Of a stretch of DNA of 64,000 bases, positions 12,956-28,300 are shown piece by piece. Each line of letters opens with the position of its first letter. Positions within the stretch are counted from its first letter, which is position 1. Source of the DNA: Octopus bimaculoides (taxonomy: Eukaryota); NCBI RefSeq assembly GCF_001194135.2, contig NC_068982.1, positions 87,388,751 to 87,452,750 on the forward strand. The letters run 5' to 3'. The notes beneath the pieces are model-generated. The model saw nothing but the letters and a program-made list of their open reading frames with translations, searched no databases and had not been told where the DNA came from. Both the position numbers and the translations under genes were made by a program.

Positions 12956-15900
12956 CACATATGCACATGTGAATATGCATATGTACACAAGTACAGCCTG
13001 CTAACACTTGTGAATGAGTATGGCTTCGCAGATGTACCATGCTTTCATTAATTCTTTTAGCTGCCAATGTAGTCATGAGCAAATAAAGATAACTCCACGG
13101 TTCCACTCACGTTTGATTCAGCAGCACATCCAAAATTTGACAAAATGGAGGGAAAAAGAGCTGTATCAGCACTTGGGTGGTAATCATTTACAGCTGAGTG
13201 GACTGAAGTACCTTGCTGAAAGACACAAGTTACTGCCTAATTCACTTTCTGATCATGAGCTGAACATCCTTATGACTAGAGCATGTCTTTCCCCACACAC
13301 ATACATACACACGTGTGCATGTGTATGTGTGTGTGTATACATAGGTATAATACCTTGAGTATCTTGAAAGTCACCTTAGCTCTGTTATTGTTGTTGGTGC
13401 TATTATTGTAATATTACTTATGTGTTCATTCTTTTTTTTTCTGATAATTTGATCGGTGGAAAGTAATGTACATTATTTATTCAAAGAATTCAGAAAAATT
13501 CAACAGAAATTAATTATATTCTACCTGATGAAGCATCCAGGGTTGCCAATTTAACATATTTAATGCTAGATCTAGCATTTTTTTCAGCATTTAGCAAACA
13601 ATTTTTGAATCTAACATTTAGCAGGGAAAATAGCAGGTTTAAAATTTCATTCAGCATTTTTTTTTAGCATTTTTCTCAGATATGACATTTCCACAATAGT
13701 TACCCTTTTTTCTTCTTTTTCCTCCTTTTTTACTTTTGTTAATGTATCTTATAGCAAAATGTTAGTAGTATCGGCTATTGTTGAATTTTTCTTTCACTTT
13801 CTTGAAACTTCAAATGAAAGTTTGTCAAAAGGAAGTTTATCAAGTTATAAACTTTTTCGGCACCCCACCCGGCTTGGATACAGAGTGGTGCTGGGGGGAG
13901 GGGAGAAGATAACTCATGTCAGCACCTGAACTCACTACACAATAATGTAAATATGTTGCAAAGAATGAAAGCATGGAAATTCGTCCTAACAATGCTTTAT
14001 TCTATAGTGATGAGTTTTTATCATGACAGGTTGACTGATTTACTTTCAGTTTGACTGTTTTAAAATAGGCCTGTGTTTTTTCATGCTTGTTTTGGATTAT
14101 ATATCTTGTACAGAAGTATGGGGGTGGTGGGGGTGGTCTCCCCCTTTATATTTCTATTTACTTTTTTTTTTTCAAGTATTATAGTAATATTTGTGGTTTT
14201 ACCAATAGATATTAAATGTAAGAGTGGAAGCGAAATATGATGTTCCCAGGCTCATATCAGAACACAATTTTAGGGTTTCTGCAGATTTTAGTCTTCCATT
14301 TATAAGTTGGCCACACTGCACCCTGAATCAGTATAGTTCACCTCAAGAATTTGTAAGCAGCAAACATAAGAATTGTTAATGATGAATGAAAGAATTGTTA
14401 GCGGCAAACTGGTAAGTTGTGTTTTCAATCGTGAATTCTTGTACAACTAGGTGGCTGTCAGTAGAACCAGCGGTAAATAGAATTTTAAGCCAATGATTTG
14501 AATTGCAAACTCACTTGTAAACTACAACTACAAAAGAAAAGTGTTTTACAGTACAAATATCACATGAAATTTATTTTCTTGCTTCCCACTACATTATAAT
14601 GAGCAAAGGAAAAAAGTTGTACCAGCAAAAATTCCGAAAGGAATGGCTTAAGATGCCAGCATTTACTAAGTGGTTGTGTGAAGTACCTAGTGACCAATCT
14701 AAAGCACATTGCAGATATTGTAGATGTAATATACTGGCAAAATATTCTCTTGTAGTAAGCCACTGTGAAGCAAAGAAACATAAGGCATCAACTCCACAGC
14801 AAATGATTCCTCTTAGCAATTTTATTAAAACCAAAAATGATAAGACATTTATGCTTGAAGCAAATTTAGCAATGTTTATTTGTTGCCACTCATCATTTAA
14901 TAGCTGTGATCACTTAATAGAGTTATGTAAGAATTATATGTCTGATAGTGATATTATGTCCAAAGTGAAGTTGCATCGTACAAAATGCGTAAATATTGTG
15001 AGAAATGTTCTAGCTCCATATTTTGATGGAGATTTGATTTCTTATATCGGAGATAGAAAATTTAGCCTGTTATTAAATGAATCCAATGATATATCAATAA
15101 ACAAGTTGTTAGGAATTGTTATCATATATTATAGTGACACTCACAAAAAAGTGGTACATACATATCTCAATATGGTATCTTAAGAAACATGCGACGCAGA
15201 TGGCATTGTAGATGCCTTAAAAATTGAATTAGAAAAAAAGGAATTAGATATAAAAAAATTACTGGCTATAGGAACCGACAACGCTAGAGTAATGATAGGA
15301 GTCAACAATGATGTTTTCCAGAAATTAAAAGAAGCTTCATCATTACTTCTATTTAGATGTGTATGTCATTCTTTACAGTTGACAGTATCCCACACTTGTG
15401 CTGAATGCTTGCCCATAAATTTAGAATTTTTAGTATCCAAAACCTATAAATGGTTCTTCAACAAGACAAAGTGCCTACAAACAATTTTACCTTGTTATCA
15501 ATGATAAAGAGCCTTTGAAGATCGTGAATTCTTGTACAACTAGGTGGCTGTCAATAGAACCAGCAGTAAATAGAATTTTAAGCCAATGGTTTGAATTGCA
15601 AACTCACTTCCAAACTACAACTACTAAAGAAAAATGCTTTACAGCACAAATGTCACATGAAATGTTTTGTGATTCTAGGAATGAACTTTACCTTTTATTT
15701 TTGAATCCAATTTTAAAACATGCTCAGGAAATGTTTGAATCAAACACTGTCGACAAAACAAAATTACTTGAAGATCTTTCAAATTTGATCAAATCTGTTG
15801 CTAATATGATAGTTTTGCCAACATGTAGAAGTGATCCTTTTGATCTGGATGCTTCTATTGAAAAATTTATGGATCCTAAACCAAATATAGGCTACAGGTT

Positions 15901-18900
15901 CAAGAGAAAGATAACAGAAATGATTATCAAGAAGACTGTAACAGCCACTGAAGAAAATAATATTTGCAAAAGAGCACAATTTTTACTCTGCCTTTATAAA
16001 GAGCTCAAGCAACATTTGCCAGGAAATATTAATATACTGAGGAATATCAAATGTTTTTCAGTAGAGAATATTTTTTGGCATTTCAAAGAGCCAATTTAAC
16101 CTGTCTTTAAAGCAATACATTTAAATGAAGAAAAAATTGCTTCAATTGAAATTCAGTTTAATATTTTAATTCTGTTTAATAGTTAAATGGACAAATATGC
16201 CTAATACTGAGGCATTGTGGCNNNNNNNNNNGCCAAACTCAAATGCAGAAGTTGAACAGTTGTTTACTAGTATGGGTGTAATCAAATCAAAATTGAAAAA
16301 CAAAATGCATCTTCCTATGCTATAAAATATGGCCTGAAAAGATATGGCAAATGTTGCAAAAACTTTGATATTCCAAAACACATAATTAACAAGATAGGAA
16401 CCTTGAATGTATATAGAAGTCAAGACCTAGGCACTGTAGCTGAAAGTGATCAAATCAGTGAAATTCAAGAAATTATTTCTCAATGATGAATATAATTAAA
16501 GAAAGTAAATAAAAATGTAAATAAAAATTAAGCTTTTTGATATAATTAGTCTTTAGCATTTTTTGTCATATTTAGCATTTTTTTGGTATTTTTTCTACTG
16601 AAATTTAGTATAAAATGCTGATTTTAAGTTGGCAACACTGGTATTTTAATATAAACTCAGCCACCAAAAGCTGGTGTGCAGTGCAGAAATGTATGTTGTG
16701 ATTTACTATTAAAAGCCTGATATCCTCCATCTTCATGTTATATTATTTTCACACACACACACATATACACCCATATACAAGGTGTAGTCAAAAAATATCC
16801 GACCTTTGGCCAAAAAGCAAGTAATATTAAAAAATTCACCATTTTGATTTAATCTCCTTCAAAATATTTACCTTGGGAGTCTACACACTTCTGCCAGCAT
16901 TCCTGTTACTGCTGGAAACATTTCTGGAAATCACTTTTTGGGATGCTGCAGAACTGTGCCATCGAATTTTGCTTAATGTTCTCTGTTGACTCAAATCTCC
17001 CTTTGAGTGTTTTTTTTTTGAGCTTTGGGAATAGCCAAAAGCCACACGGAGCCAAGTCTAGGGAGTAGGAAGCCTGACAAACAAGTGGTGTGTTTTGCTT
17101 GATGAGGAATGCTTGAATGATGCAGATGGAATGAGCAAGTGCATTGTCATGGTGGAGTTTCCAATTCTTTGCAGCCCACAGGTTGGGTTGTTTTCACCCA
17201 ATGTTTTCACCATCTTTGAACCAGTTTTATCATTTCTTTATTTGTATTTTTCCCATAGCGTCATCTTGAAAGGCCTTCTGAATCTTCTTGATAGTTTGGG
17301 CTTGCATATCACCAAGTTTTTGGCAGAATTTGATATAGTATTTTTGCTCAATGTGCTTGGTCATCTTGACTCAAAAAGAAAAATTGTACAGCACACTCTT
17401 CACTGTGGGTGAATGGCACAACCTACAGACCCGAAAATTTTTCCGCATGCTCAGGAAAGATGTGGCCACCTAATACCCATGCGGATTTTGCTCATGTATT
17501 ACTATTTTGTAAAAAAAAAAATCAAGATTGGATACTTTTTGACTACATCTCATATATGTATTAAGTTATTTATTTTCTTGATTTTCAATTCCAGATGACT
17601 TTGGCAATCAATATAATGGAATGATATTGCTTTACACATTGAAGAATCCATCTTATCCCAAATACTATACTTCAACTGATTGTGGTGTAATGTGTCTTGA
17701 TATCCACCCTGTCTACTGTTACATGCTTTGTGCTGGATTATATGATGGCAGTGTGGCAGTCTATAATTTTTGCAACAGAGAGCCATTACTCCAGCGGTGT
17801 ACTGCAAAGAATGGGAAGCATCTCGGTCCAGTGTGGGAGGTGAGGTGTTTCAGTCTTAATATTTCTTCATGTGTGAAGGCAGTAGGCTGGTAGAATAGTT
17901 AGCACACTGGGTAAAATGCTTAGTGGCATTTCATCTGTTTGTATGTTCTGAGTTCAAATTTTGTTGAGGTTGACTTTGCTGTTCATCCTTTTGGGATAAA
18001 ATAAGTGCCAGTTGAATACTGAGTTGATGTAATCAACTTACCCTTCCACTGAAATTGCTGACCTTGTGCCAAAATATGAAACCAATATTTTTTTATGAGT
18101 GAAGATGGTGTGCTGGCAGAATTGTTAACACACTGGGCAAAATGCTTAGCAGTATTTTGTCTGTCTTTATGTTCTGAGTTCAATTTCCATTGAAGTTGAC
18201 TTTGCCTTTCTTCCTTTCAGGATCAATAAAGTAAATACCAGTTGAACACTGGAGTCAATGCATGTCCTTGTGCCAAAATTTGAAATAAATATTTCTTTAA
18301 GCCTCTTATTTCTAATCCCACAAAGTTTAATTTTACATTTCATTCCTTCGCTGATCATAAGTACAAATCAGTATCTTGGTTGATCTTAATTGATTATATC
18401 CATCTCAAATTCAGAGGTCTGAGCCTATGTTAGAGATCAATATTTTTTTATGTTAATTTGTCAATGAATTGATTACTCTCTATCTCTTACATCTAGAGTT
18501 CTTTACTAATAGGCAGAGAACTATCTAGATTGCTAGGTTAAGGTTTCTAATTTGCACATCAGAAGTTGTGATGTCATCTTGATGCAGTGGCTTGTAAGGC
18601 TGTTCAGTTTACAGCAGGAATGAGGCTTGATTTTTTCTTGATCAACAACATTGCCATCATTGTCATTGTCATTGTCGTCTTCATCATCATCATCATCATT
18701 TCAACTTTCAGACAGAATTCATTGAGACAGATTTACGATAAACAGATGTCCTTACAGCTATCAACCCTCACCAGTTTCCAAGTAAGGTTGTATTTAACTA
18801 TGACCAAATATGTTTTTCACAGAAAACTGGAAAGAACAACATTGTTTGTATAATGGTGATGCTTGTTTAGAACCATCAATAAGACAAGGATACATACAAA

Positions 18901-19247
18901 TGCACACACAGGCACACACATGTGTACACACACGTGTACACACATGTGTACACACACACACACACACATTAAATATACCAATATATTAATATAACCACTC
19001 TACTGGGCGGTTGCTGTTAGGAAGGACATCCAGCTGTAAAAACTGCCAAAACAGACACAGAAGTTTGGTGCAGGCTCCTTGAACCATCCAACTCATGCCA
19101 GCATGGAAGGCGGACATTAAACAACAATGATGATGACGATGATGATAATGATGATGATATACAAACAACACACAAAAAATTATTTCATGTTCTTTAGAAG
19201 TTTAAAAATTATATATACATATATAATTATATATACATTTGTTTGTT

Positions 19248-19314
<67 letters not shown>

Positions 19315-22300
19315 NNNNNNNNNNNNNNNNNNNNNNNNNNNNNNNNNNNNNNNNNNNNNNNNNNNNNNNNNNNNNNNNNNNNNNNNNNNNNNNNNNNNNN
19401 NNNNNNNNNNNNNNNNNNNNNNNNNNNNNNNNNNNNNNNNNNNNNNNNNNNNNNNNNNNNNNNNNNNNNNNNNNNNNNNNNNNNNNNNNNNNNNNNNNNN
19501 NNNNNNGGGGGGGGGGTGAACATCAAATCTATTTACTCAATCATAGTAAGTACTTTTGTTTTAGATCTGTTTGTGTCACTTTTTTTCTTGACCATTTTTT
19601 GGCAGATTCCTCAGACAAGATCTTTTGAGACACGCTTCTTCCATGTTTTTTTTTTTTTATTTCTTTTTTTTACACTGAAACATTATCTAATGTTCAGAAA
19701 CATTTTGGAAAAAGAACACATGCAAAACTGTTTCCAAAGCCATTAAACTTATACATTTATTCTTGGCAGAGTGTTTGTGTGCATGTAAATTTTGTTGTTT
19801 GTCTATTTGTTGCAAATTTGTAAATCTATATTATCACTGTCATTTGTCACAAAGATATTTTTCTTGTCTCCATGCATGGCTGTGTGGTAAAAAGCCTGCT
19901 TATCAGCTACATGGTTCTAGGTTCAGTCCCACTGTGTGAAACTTTGGGCAAATATCCTCTACTAAAGCCTTGGGCCAACCAAAGCCTTGTGAGTGCATTT
20001 GGTTGGCAGAAACTGAAAGAAGCCCATAGTATATGTATGTGTGTGTGTAGCTTTGTGTCTATGTTTGTGTATCTTTGCGTCTATGTTTGTCCCCACTCAC
20101 TGCTTGACAACTGGTGTTGGTGTGTTTACATCCCTGTAACTTACTAGTTCAGCAAAAAAGACCAATAAAACCAGGCTTAAAATAAAAAATAAGTACTGGG
20201 GCTGAATCATTTGACTAAAATTTCTTGAAGATGGTGTCCCAGCATGGCCACTGTCTCATGACTGAAACAAACAAAAGTTAAAAGATGTCTCTATGGTTAT
20301 ACAATGTTTTAATTCTTGTCTGCTTTTCTTATTTTAAATCTGTGTTAACATTTTGTGTTTTACAAATATTTGGCTGGGAAGTGCATTTGTTTATGTTGAT
20401 GTTACCATCACTATGGTGAGTACCTCTTTCTACTACAAAAAGCCATGTTGAAATCCATGGCTCATTAGGCATCATCATCATCATCCTTTAACATCCATCT
20501 TCCATACTGGCATTTATTGGACAGTTTGACAGGATCCAACAAGTCACAAAACTGCTTTGAATAGCGATGTCAGCTTTGGCATGGTTTCTATGGCTTGATG
20601 CTCTTCCTAATGCCAACCACTTTAAAGATTGTACTGGGTTCTTTTTTTCATGCCATTGGCACTAGTGAGATCACTGAGTAATTTGCAAGGCAGGAAAAGA
20701 AAAGAATAAGCCCCCACTTACCAATGACTGAGTAGGGAATATATTTTGGAGAGGTGGGGTGGCTTTATGTTAGGTGCTGAGAGACTAAAATATAATAGAG
20801 GGACAAGTACAGGTTTCTTGCTATAGCAGAGATACATGACTACCTTGCATTATATAAAGGTCAGTGGGAAGAAGGTAAACACAATGGTGGCAAGGTGCTA
20901 GAGGGAACTCTTAAGGTACGAGAAGGTAAGTATAAGGGAGAATATAGGAAATCGATTAGGAGCAGAAGGAGAGGATGAGTAATTTCATAAGTGTGTAAAT
21001 ACACCAGTATTGGAATTCTACAGGCAAGGTAATATAGTGAGAAAATAACTATTATAAATGACTAATATTAGTTTCTTTCACATAAAAAAAGGAACAAATA
21101 AAAAAAAATAGGTAGTTAAATTGATGATGAGAATAAAAAAATAATTAAACTTTATACTGCTACAGGAACTTGTTTTAATGTATGCTACTTGATGATTATT
21201 CAATGTCTGAAAGTTGTCCTCTAGAAAGAAACAGCATTGGTAATCTGATGGTATGTTTAATCTTCAATACACATGATATGTGATTACTTATAAAAGAGCT
21301 CAATATAACAGAAATGGTTTATTATAAGATAATATCAAAAAGATACTGCATGCTATATCAATAAATCTATTTCCGTCTTGGACCTTAAACAAGTTAGATG
21401 TTTATATGGTTCTGTTTATCCTTTCTATTGGCAAATTATTTCCATTAGTTATTGGAAATAAGATTTCATGTATTTTGTTCTTTTATTGCATATATATATA
21501 TATATTGTGAATATTTTGAAGTTGTTAATTTATTTGGTTTCCTTTTCATATTTCTTCTTTTTATATATATATCACAAAGGCATTTTCTTTCTTTTTTTTC
21601 TTTCTATAACAATTATACATAAGCTTTGAACAGTTACTAACCCATTGCAGAGCTTAAACATAATCTCTACTCTCTATACTGCACATACATCATCTAGTGC
21701 AGTTTACCCACAAAAATTACTGGGGTTAAATAAGTTAGATCATGAGTAAGAATATAGAATTGACTTGGCTCCTCAGCTTTTGGTTCCTTACTTTGGAACC
21801 AAGAATAGTCAGGTACTTAAGGAATAGAGATGGATTAGGGGTAAACAGCCTAATATCACTATAACTCACTACCTAAATGATCATGATAATAATGACACCC
21901 TCAAAACATATGCATAGACATATATGTTTTCAACATCAAAATAAAAGTGACTTGAAAGATAGGCAAAACTTCTTTCACCAGTATTCTACAACCTTAGCTT
22001 CCTTCTGTATCTTTTACTGTTCCTACCGACAAATAAATTTTTTTCTATTCCTATCTACACCCACTTGATTTCAAGTGATTGGGATATCAACCTTATAATG
22101 CTTCAATAAAGTGCTGAAATTATCTGCTAGAAATAGATAAAATTTTGCCTGTTTAATATGCCCCAGGCCAACAACCTTAAAAAGAGGTGATATATTGGAC
22201 AATGTAGTCTTAGATTTGCAAAATGACAGGATAGTCATGCAGGAATGGTCATAAGTCAATTTTATATGAATTAATTTGAAGTTAAACAACAACTCTTTTG

Positions 22301-25300
22301 GGTTTACATTTACAATCGACATTGATAATGTAGTAATTGATCTCATCTTCAGACAATATGTTGATTTTTTTGTCTAATTTTCTTTTGTTATCTAGGTAAG
22401 ATGGCAGAAAGACAATTTGGAAGGTAATGCACTGTTTTACTCCATTTCTTCTGATGGCAGAATAGTTGAATGGATTATTGTCAAAGTAAATATTTGTTTC
22501 TATTTCTTATTGGTTTTAATGTGGCATCTTGCCTGAGTATAGGATTACAGAATGTGTTTTAAACATTACTATCAAAAGGCAAAACAAAAAACAATCAGGG
22601 GCAGCAAGGTGTGGGTGGTGGAAGTACAGGTACATTCAATATGTACAGAGTGAATTCTATCATCTCAGTTAGGTGTACCATGGTTCAAGGAGTAGAGGAA
22701 ATGGTTCAAAAGACAAAGGGATATAGAGTAAGTACTGTGGGTTCATCTCTGATGAACCATATGCATACACACATACACACACACATATATGTATATACAT
22801 ACTTACACACACACACATATGTATGTGTATATGTATGTGTGCATGTATGTATGTGTGTATGCATTTATGTAGGTATGCATATATGTGCATATGTATGTAT
22901 GCATGCATTTATGTGTATGTATGTATGCATGTATATGTATATGCATATGCATGTATGTATGTATGTATGTATGTATGTATGTATGTATGTATGTGTGTGC
23001 ATGTATAAGATAAGTTATTTAGTGTAAAATAACAAATACTTAATGATGAAAAGACTCAATACTGATAGTAGAGTCAAAGTTATATGTATAGGTTGAATGG
23101 GACTTCAAAATTTACTCCTTTAAGCTTATATATATATATTTTGATATTATTAATAAAATTATTAACAAAATTCTTAGGAAATCAATATTCGAATTTCTGA
23201 AAGATGTATGTTTTATATGACACAATAATCATTTTGAATTATAATTAAAGTTAAAAATATACAAAATATAAATGTATAGAAAAATATATGCGTACAGTAT
23301 ATATTTTATGTGAATTATTAATTACTGTGACTATTCATTTATATACTATAATAAGTCTTTTAATAATAATAATAATAATAATAACTATTCACCACAACAG
23401 AAATATAAAAACAATAAAAATTGCTCATGTAAAAATAAAAAAATATGTCCTTTACAAGGCAATTGTAAAAGACTTAATATAGTATATAAATGCATAGTCA
23501 CAATAATTAATAATTCACATAAAATGGTATACATAGGGAGTTCTATTAATTTTAAACAATGATATCTAGTGCATATACATTCATTTAAACCAAATATAAA
23601 TAATAATACAACTTCATTAGCCACATACATACAGAAACTCAATAAAAACAAAATTAATTATAAATTGGACTGGTCAATAATAGATTCTGCCATACCATAT
23701 CCACATAAATCAAATAATTGCCGTTTATGCACATTAGAATCACTGCATATATTACTATATAAATTTGACAACCTAATAAATAGCAAGTCAGCCTCGATAT
23801 CAGCATGTAAACATAGGTACTACAAAACCTTTAAATATTATAATAGATCCAAAAATAAGGTAGAATAGAAAAAAACACATGTGTGTATTTGTATAAGCAT
23901 TTGTATTGATATGTAAAAAAAGTATGTATANNNNNNNNNNNNNNNNNNNNNNNNNNNNNNNNNNNNNNNNNNNNNNNNNNNNNNNNNNNNNNNNNNNNNN
24001 NNNNNNNNNNNNNNNNNNNNNNNNNNNNNNNNNNNNNNNNNNNNNNNNNNNNNNNNNNNNNNNNNNNNNNNNNNNNNNNNNNNNNNNNNNNNNNNNNNNN
24101 NNNNNNNNNNNNNNNNNNNNNNNNNNNNNNNNNNNNNNNNNNNNNNNNNNNGTAATTTGTTTTGGTGATTTGTGTTTATTGTTTGAAAAAAACTGTTATT
24201 TGCTTTTTTGAAAAGCAACTTGTTGGAATTCCCCCCTGCGGGGAAATTATTGTTATTATTATTGTGGCTTTTAAGCCAACTTGGAAAAACAAAAATGGAA
24301 AACCTTTTGAATTCACCAAGTGAATTCCCACCTGTGGGTGAAGCATTTACAAGCATTTTCGGTGATGAAATTTCACCAGCAGTTTCAATGGTGGTGTCAC
24401 CAAAAATGTTCACAGAGGTAGCAGGAAGAAAGAGCAGGGAAATAAACACAGAGCATAGTAACCTGCAAAAGTACATGACATTAATTAAAAAGGAGGGGGT
24501 CAGAGATTCAAGTTGCCACCCCAAAAGATGAAACAGAATCAGTAGAAAAAAAGAGGATAATCTATAAAACATACAGCACCGAAAAAAAAAGGATTTTTAA
24601 AATGGAAGAAAAAATAATAGAGAAATGTCTAAAAAAAATATGGCCTGAAATTACCTATATCAACCGAGCAAAGAGATTCGGAACAATAGAGGTACGGTTC
24701 AGGTCAGAAGAGGCAGCGAGAAAATACTCTTCGGAGACACTCAGAACAGAGGAGGTGTTTCTTCTTCCCATATATATGGGAAGAAGAACATCAAAAATAA
24801 AAGTTAACAATATCCCACCGGAAGTGGATGCAGCTTGTTTAGTAGCAGGAAGGGCCTGGAGGAAAAAATAACAATACTCCAGGCCTCGGTGGAAAAGGAA
24901 GAACTTTGGAAGGGTCAATGCTTGACCATGATAATTCAAGCGGAAGCAGCTATGTTAGAAGAGATCAGCGAAACTATTAATTTACGTGGAAGAGATAAAT
25001 TAATAGTTTTTGCTGAAGGAAGGAAGCCTAGGTGCTTCAACTGTGGTCTAAAAGGCCATATCAGGGCAGAATGTAAGACCAAAGAGCAAGAAGAAGAAGC
25101 GGTGGATGAAACAAAGGAAGAGGCACCTGTAACAACACAAGAACCAGTGACAACACCAAGGTCGAACCAGAGACAACACCAAGGTCAACCAGAGACAACA
25201 CTAAGGTCGACAGTAGAGANNNNNNNNNNNNNNNNNNNNNNNNNNNNNNNNNNNNNNNNNNNNNNNNNNNNNNNNNNNNNNNNNNNNNNNNNNNNNNNNN

Positions 25301-28300
25301 NNNNNNNNNNNNNNNNNNNNNNNNNNNNNNNNNNNNNNNNNNNNNNNNNNNNNNNNNNNNNNNNNNNNNNNNNNNNNNNNNNNNNNNNNNNNNNNNNNNN
25401 NNNNNNNNNNNNNNNNNNNNNNNNNNNNNNNNNNNNNNNNNNNNNNNNNNNNNNNNNNNNNNNNNNNNNNNNNNNNNNNNNNNNNNNNNNNNNNNNNNNN
25501 NNNNNNNNNNNNNNNNNNNNNNNNNNNNNNNNNNNNNNNNNNNNNNNNNNNNNNNNNNNNNNNNNNNNNNNNNNNNNNNNNNNNNNNNNNNNNNNNNNNN
25601 NNNNNNNNNNNNNNNNNNNNNNNNNNNNNNNNNNNNNNNNNNNNNNNNNNNNNNNNNNNNNNNNNNNNNNNNNNNNNNNNNNNNNNNNNNNNNNNNNNNN
25701 NNNNNNNNNNNNNNNNNNNNNNNNNNNNNNNNNNNNNNNNNNNNNNNNNNNNNNNNNNNNNNNNNNNNNNNNNNNNNNNNNNNNNNNNNNNNNNNNNNNN
25801 NNNNNNNNNNNNNNNNNNNNNNNNNNNNNNNNNNNNNNNNNNNNNNNNNNNNNNNNNNNNNNNNNNNNNNNNNNNNNNNNNNNNNNNNNNNNNNNNNNNN
25901 NNNNNNNNNNNNNNNNNNNNNNNNNNNNNNNNNNNNNNNNNNNNNNNNNNNNNNNNNNNNNNNNNNNNNNNNNNNNNNNNNNNNNNNNNNNNNNNNNNNN
26001 NNNNNNNNNNNNNNNNNNNNNNNNNNNNNNNNNNNNNNNNNNNNNNNNNNNNNNNNNNNNNNNNNNNNNNNNNNNNNNNNNNNNNNNNNNNNNNNNNNNN
26101 NNNNNNNNNNNNNNNNNNNNNNNNNNNNNNNNNTAAATGTGCGTAGCCTGTTGTCAGGCTGGAAGCAAGGTCGCTTCCTTAATGACATCAGGTTGCGCGA
26201 TTTGGATGTTGTTGTTGCTACAGAGACCCGGTTGAGAGGGCCAAGAGATCTGCTCCCCCGGTTGAATGGCTACAAGAGTTTTTTCTCTCCAGGCTGTCCT
26301 TCTAGGGGGAGTGGGGTGTTGGTCCTATTAAAAAGAAACCGGGTTTCTGAGAAAAAGTTAATTTTTTCAGATCCAGAAGGTAGGCTGGTCATCATGGACT
26401 TGACGCTCAGCCATGGTAAAGTTTTTAGACTGGTTGCAATTTATGCACCATCAGGACAAAATGATTTTTTTCGGGATCTAGAGAAGTTTCTCAGTACATC
26501 GCATTCTTTAGTTGTGCTAGGAGACTTCAACACAATTTGCGAGGCACGTGTAGATTATGCTGGCTCAAATACTACTAGGAAAGGTAATTCTTGCTTCCTG
26601 GATCTGCTAAGCCACTTTGAGCTGGCAGACTCTTATAGGTTGGAATTTCCGAACGCTCCAATGTGGACTTGGTCAAGTAGCGACGGATCTTCCAGGTCAT
26701 ACATAGATAAAGTGTTAATTAGAAAAGTAGATAGAAATATAGCTAAGTGTCCACAGTTTTACCCAGTGCTACAGTGATCATAAAATGATCACTTGTAGGC
26801 TTGACATAGATAAGCGATATACTAGAGGCTCCGGCTACTGGAAACTTAATACGTCCCTTTTGGCGATTAAGGAGTACAGAGATCGGATTAGTTTGTTGAT
26901 TCAGAAGGCATTAACCGGCGCCATTATTAATAATAAATGGTGGTATGCCCTCAAACGAGCCATTAAATNNNNNNNNNNNNNNNNNNNNNNNNNNNNNNNN
27001 NNNNNNNNNNNNNNNNNNNNNNNNNNNNNNNNNNNNNNNNNNNNNNNNNNNNNNNNNNNNNNNNNNNNNNNNNNNNNNNNNNNNNNNNNNNNNNNNNNNN
27101 NNNNNNNNNNNNNNNNNNNNNNNNNNNNNNNNNNNNNNNNNNNNNNNNNNNNNNNNNNNNNNNNNNNNNNNNNNNNNNNNNNNNNNNNNNNNNNNNNNNN
27201 NNNNNNNNNNNNNNNNNNNNNNNNNNNNNNNNNNNNNNNNNNNNNNNNNNNNNNNNNNNNNNNNNNNNNNNNNNNNNNNNNNNNNNNNNNNNNNNNNNNN
27301 NNNNNNNNNNNNNNNNNNNNNNNNNNNNNNNNNNNNNNNNNNNNNNNNNNNNNNNNNNNNNNNNNNNNNNNNNNNNNNNNNNNNNNNNNNNNNNNNNNNN
27401 NNNNNNNNNNNNNNNNNNNNNNNNNNNNNNNNNNNNNNNNNNNNNNNNNNNNNNNNNNNNNNNNNNNNNNNNNNNNNNNNNNNNNNNNNNNNNNNNNNNN
27501 NNNNNNNNNNNNNNNNNNNNNNNNNNNNNNNNNNNNNNNNNNNNNNNNNNNNNNNNNNNNNNNNNNNNNNNNNNNNNNNNNNNNNNNNNNNNNNNNNNNN
27601 NNNNNNNNNNNNNNNNNNNNNNNNNNNNNNNNNNNNNNNNNNNNNNNNNNNNNNNNNNNNNNNNNNNNNNNNNNNNNNNNNNNNNNNNNNNNNNNNNNNN
27701 NNNNNNNNNNNNNNNNNNNNNNNNNNNNNNNNNNNNNNNNNNNNNNNNNNNNNNNNNNNNNNNNNNNNNNNNNNNNNNNNNNNNNNNNNNCGGTTTCTGC
27801 TTACGCGGATGACATCACTATCATCGTAACCGAAATGGACCACCTACGGTTAGTAGGCAAGGCCATAGAGGTTTACGAGACTGTGGCAGGAGCAAAAGTT
27901 AATCGTGAAAAGTCAGTCGGCTTGCAGCTTGGCACCTGGAGAGGCAAGTCGATGCCTCCTGATAGCGTCGTGGGACGTTGGATGGAGGGCCCGATTAAGT
28001 TGCTAGGAATTTGGTTTGTACCAGACCTCCAAATAGAGAAGAACTGGGCCGAGGTATCGAGCAGGGTGACCCACATAGTCAAGACCTGGTCTTGGCGGAG
28101 GTAGCCAATGTGTTCATCGCATCGGTCATCACCTACCACCTAACTGTCGTTCCTTGCCCCGATTCGTGGTTAATCAAGCTGGAAAGACAGCTCTTCCGCT
28201 TTTTGTGGAAGAGCTGGAGACCGTTTGTGAGACGCTCTATTTGCTGCCAACAACCATTAAAGGGTGGACTTGGGATGCCTTGGCTGTTGATGCACAAACA

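Noticed and set aside
13525-13540. CTGATGA immediately left of the hAT TIR, possibly an HHR split by the transposon
   Set aside because: Joining the flanks gives no convincing stem I, stem II or GAAAC.
13529-16649. 8-bp TSD for the hAT element
   Set aside because: The flanks (tgaagcat and tattttaa) do not match, so no TSD is claimed.
24208-24531. 107-aa ORF upstream of LINE ORF1, a possible ORF0
   Set aside because: No recognisable domain; it may be a frameshifted ORF1 N-terminus or 5' UTR, and cannot be resolved without a family consensus.
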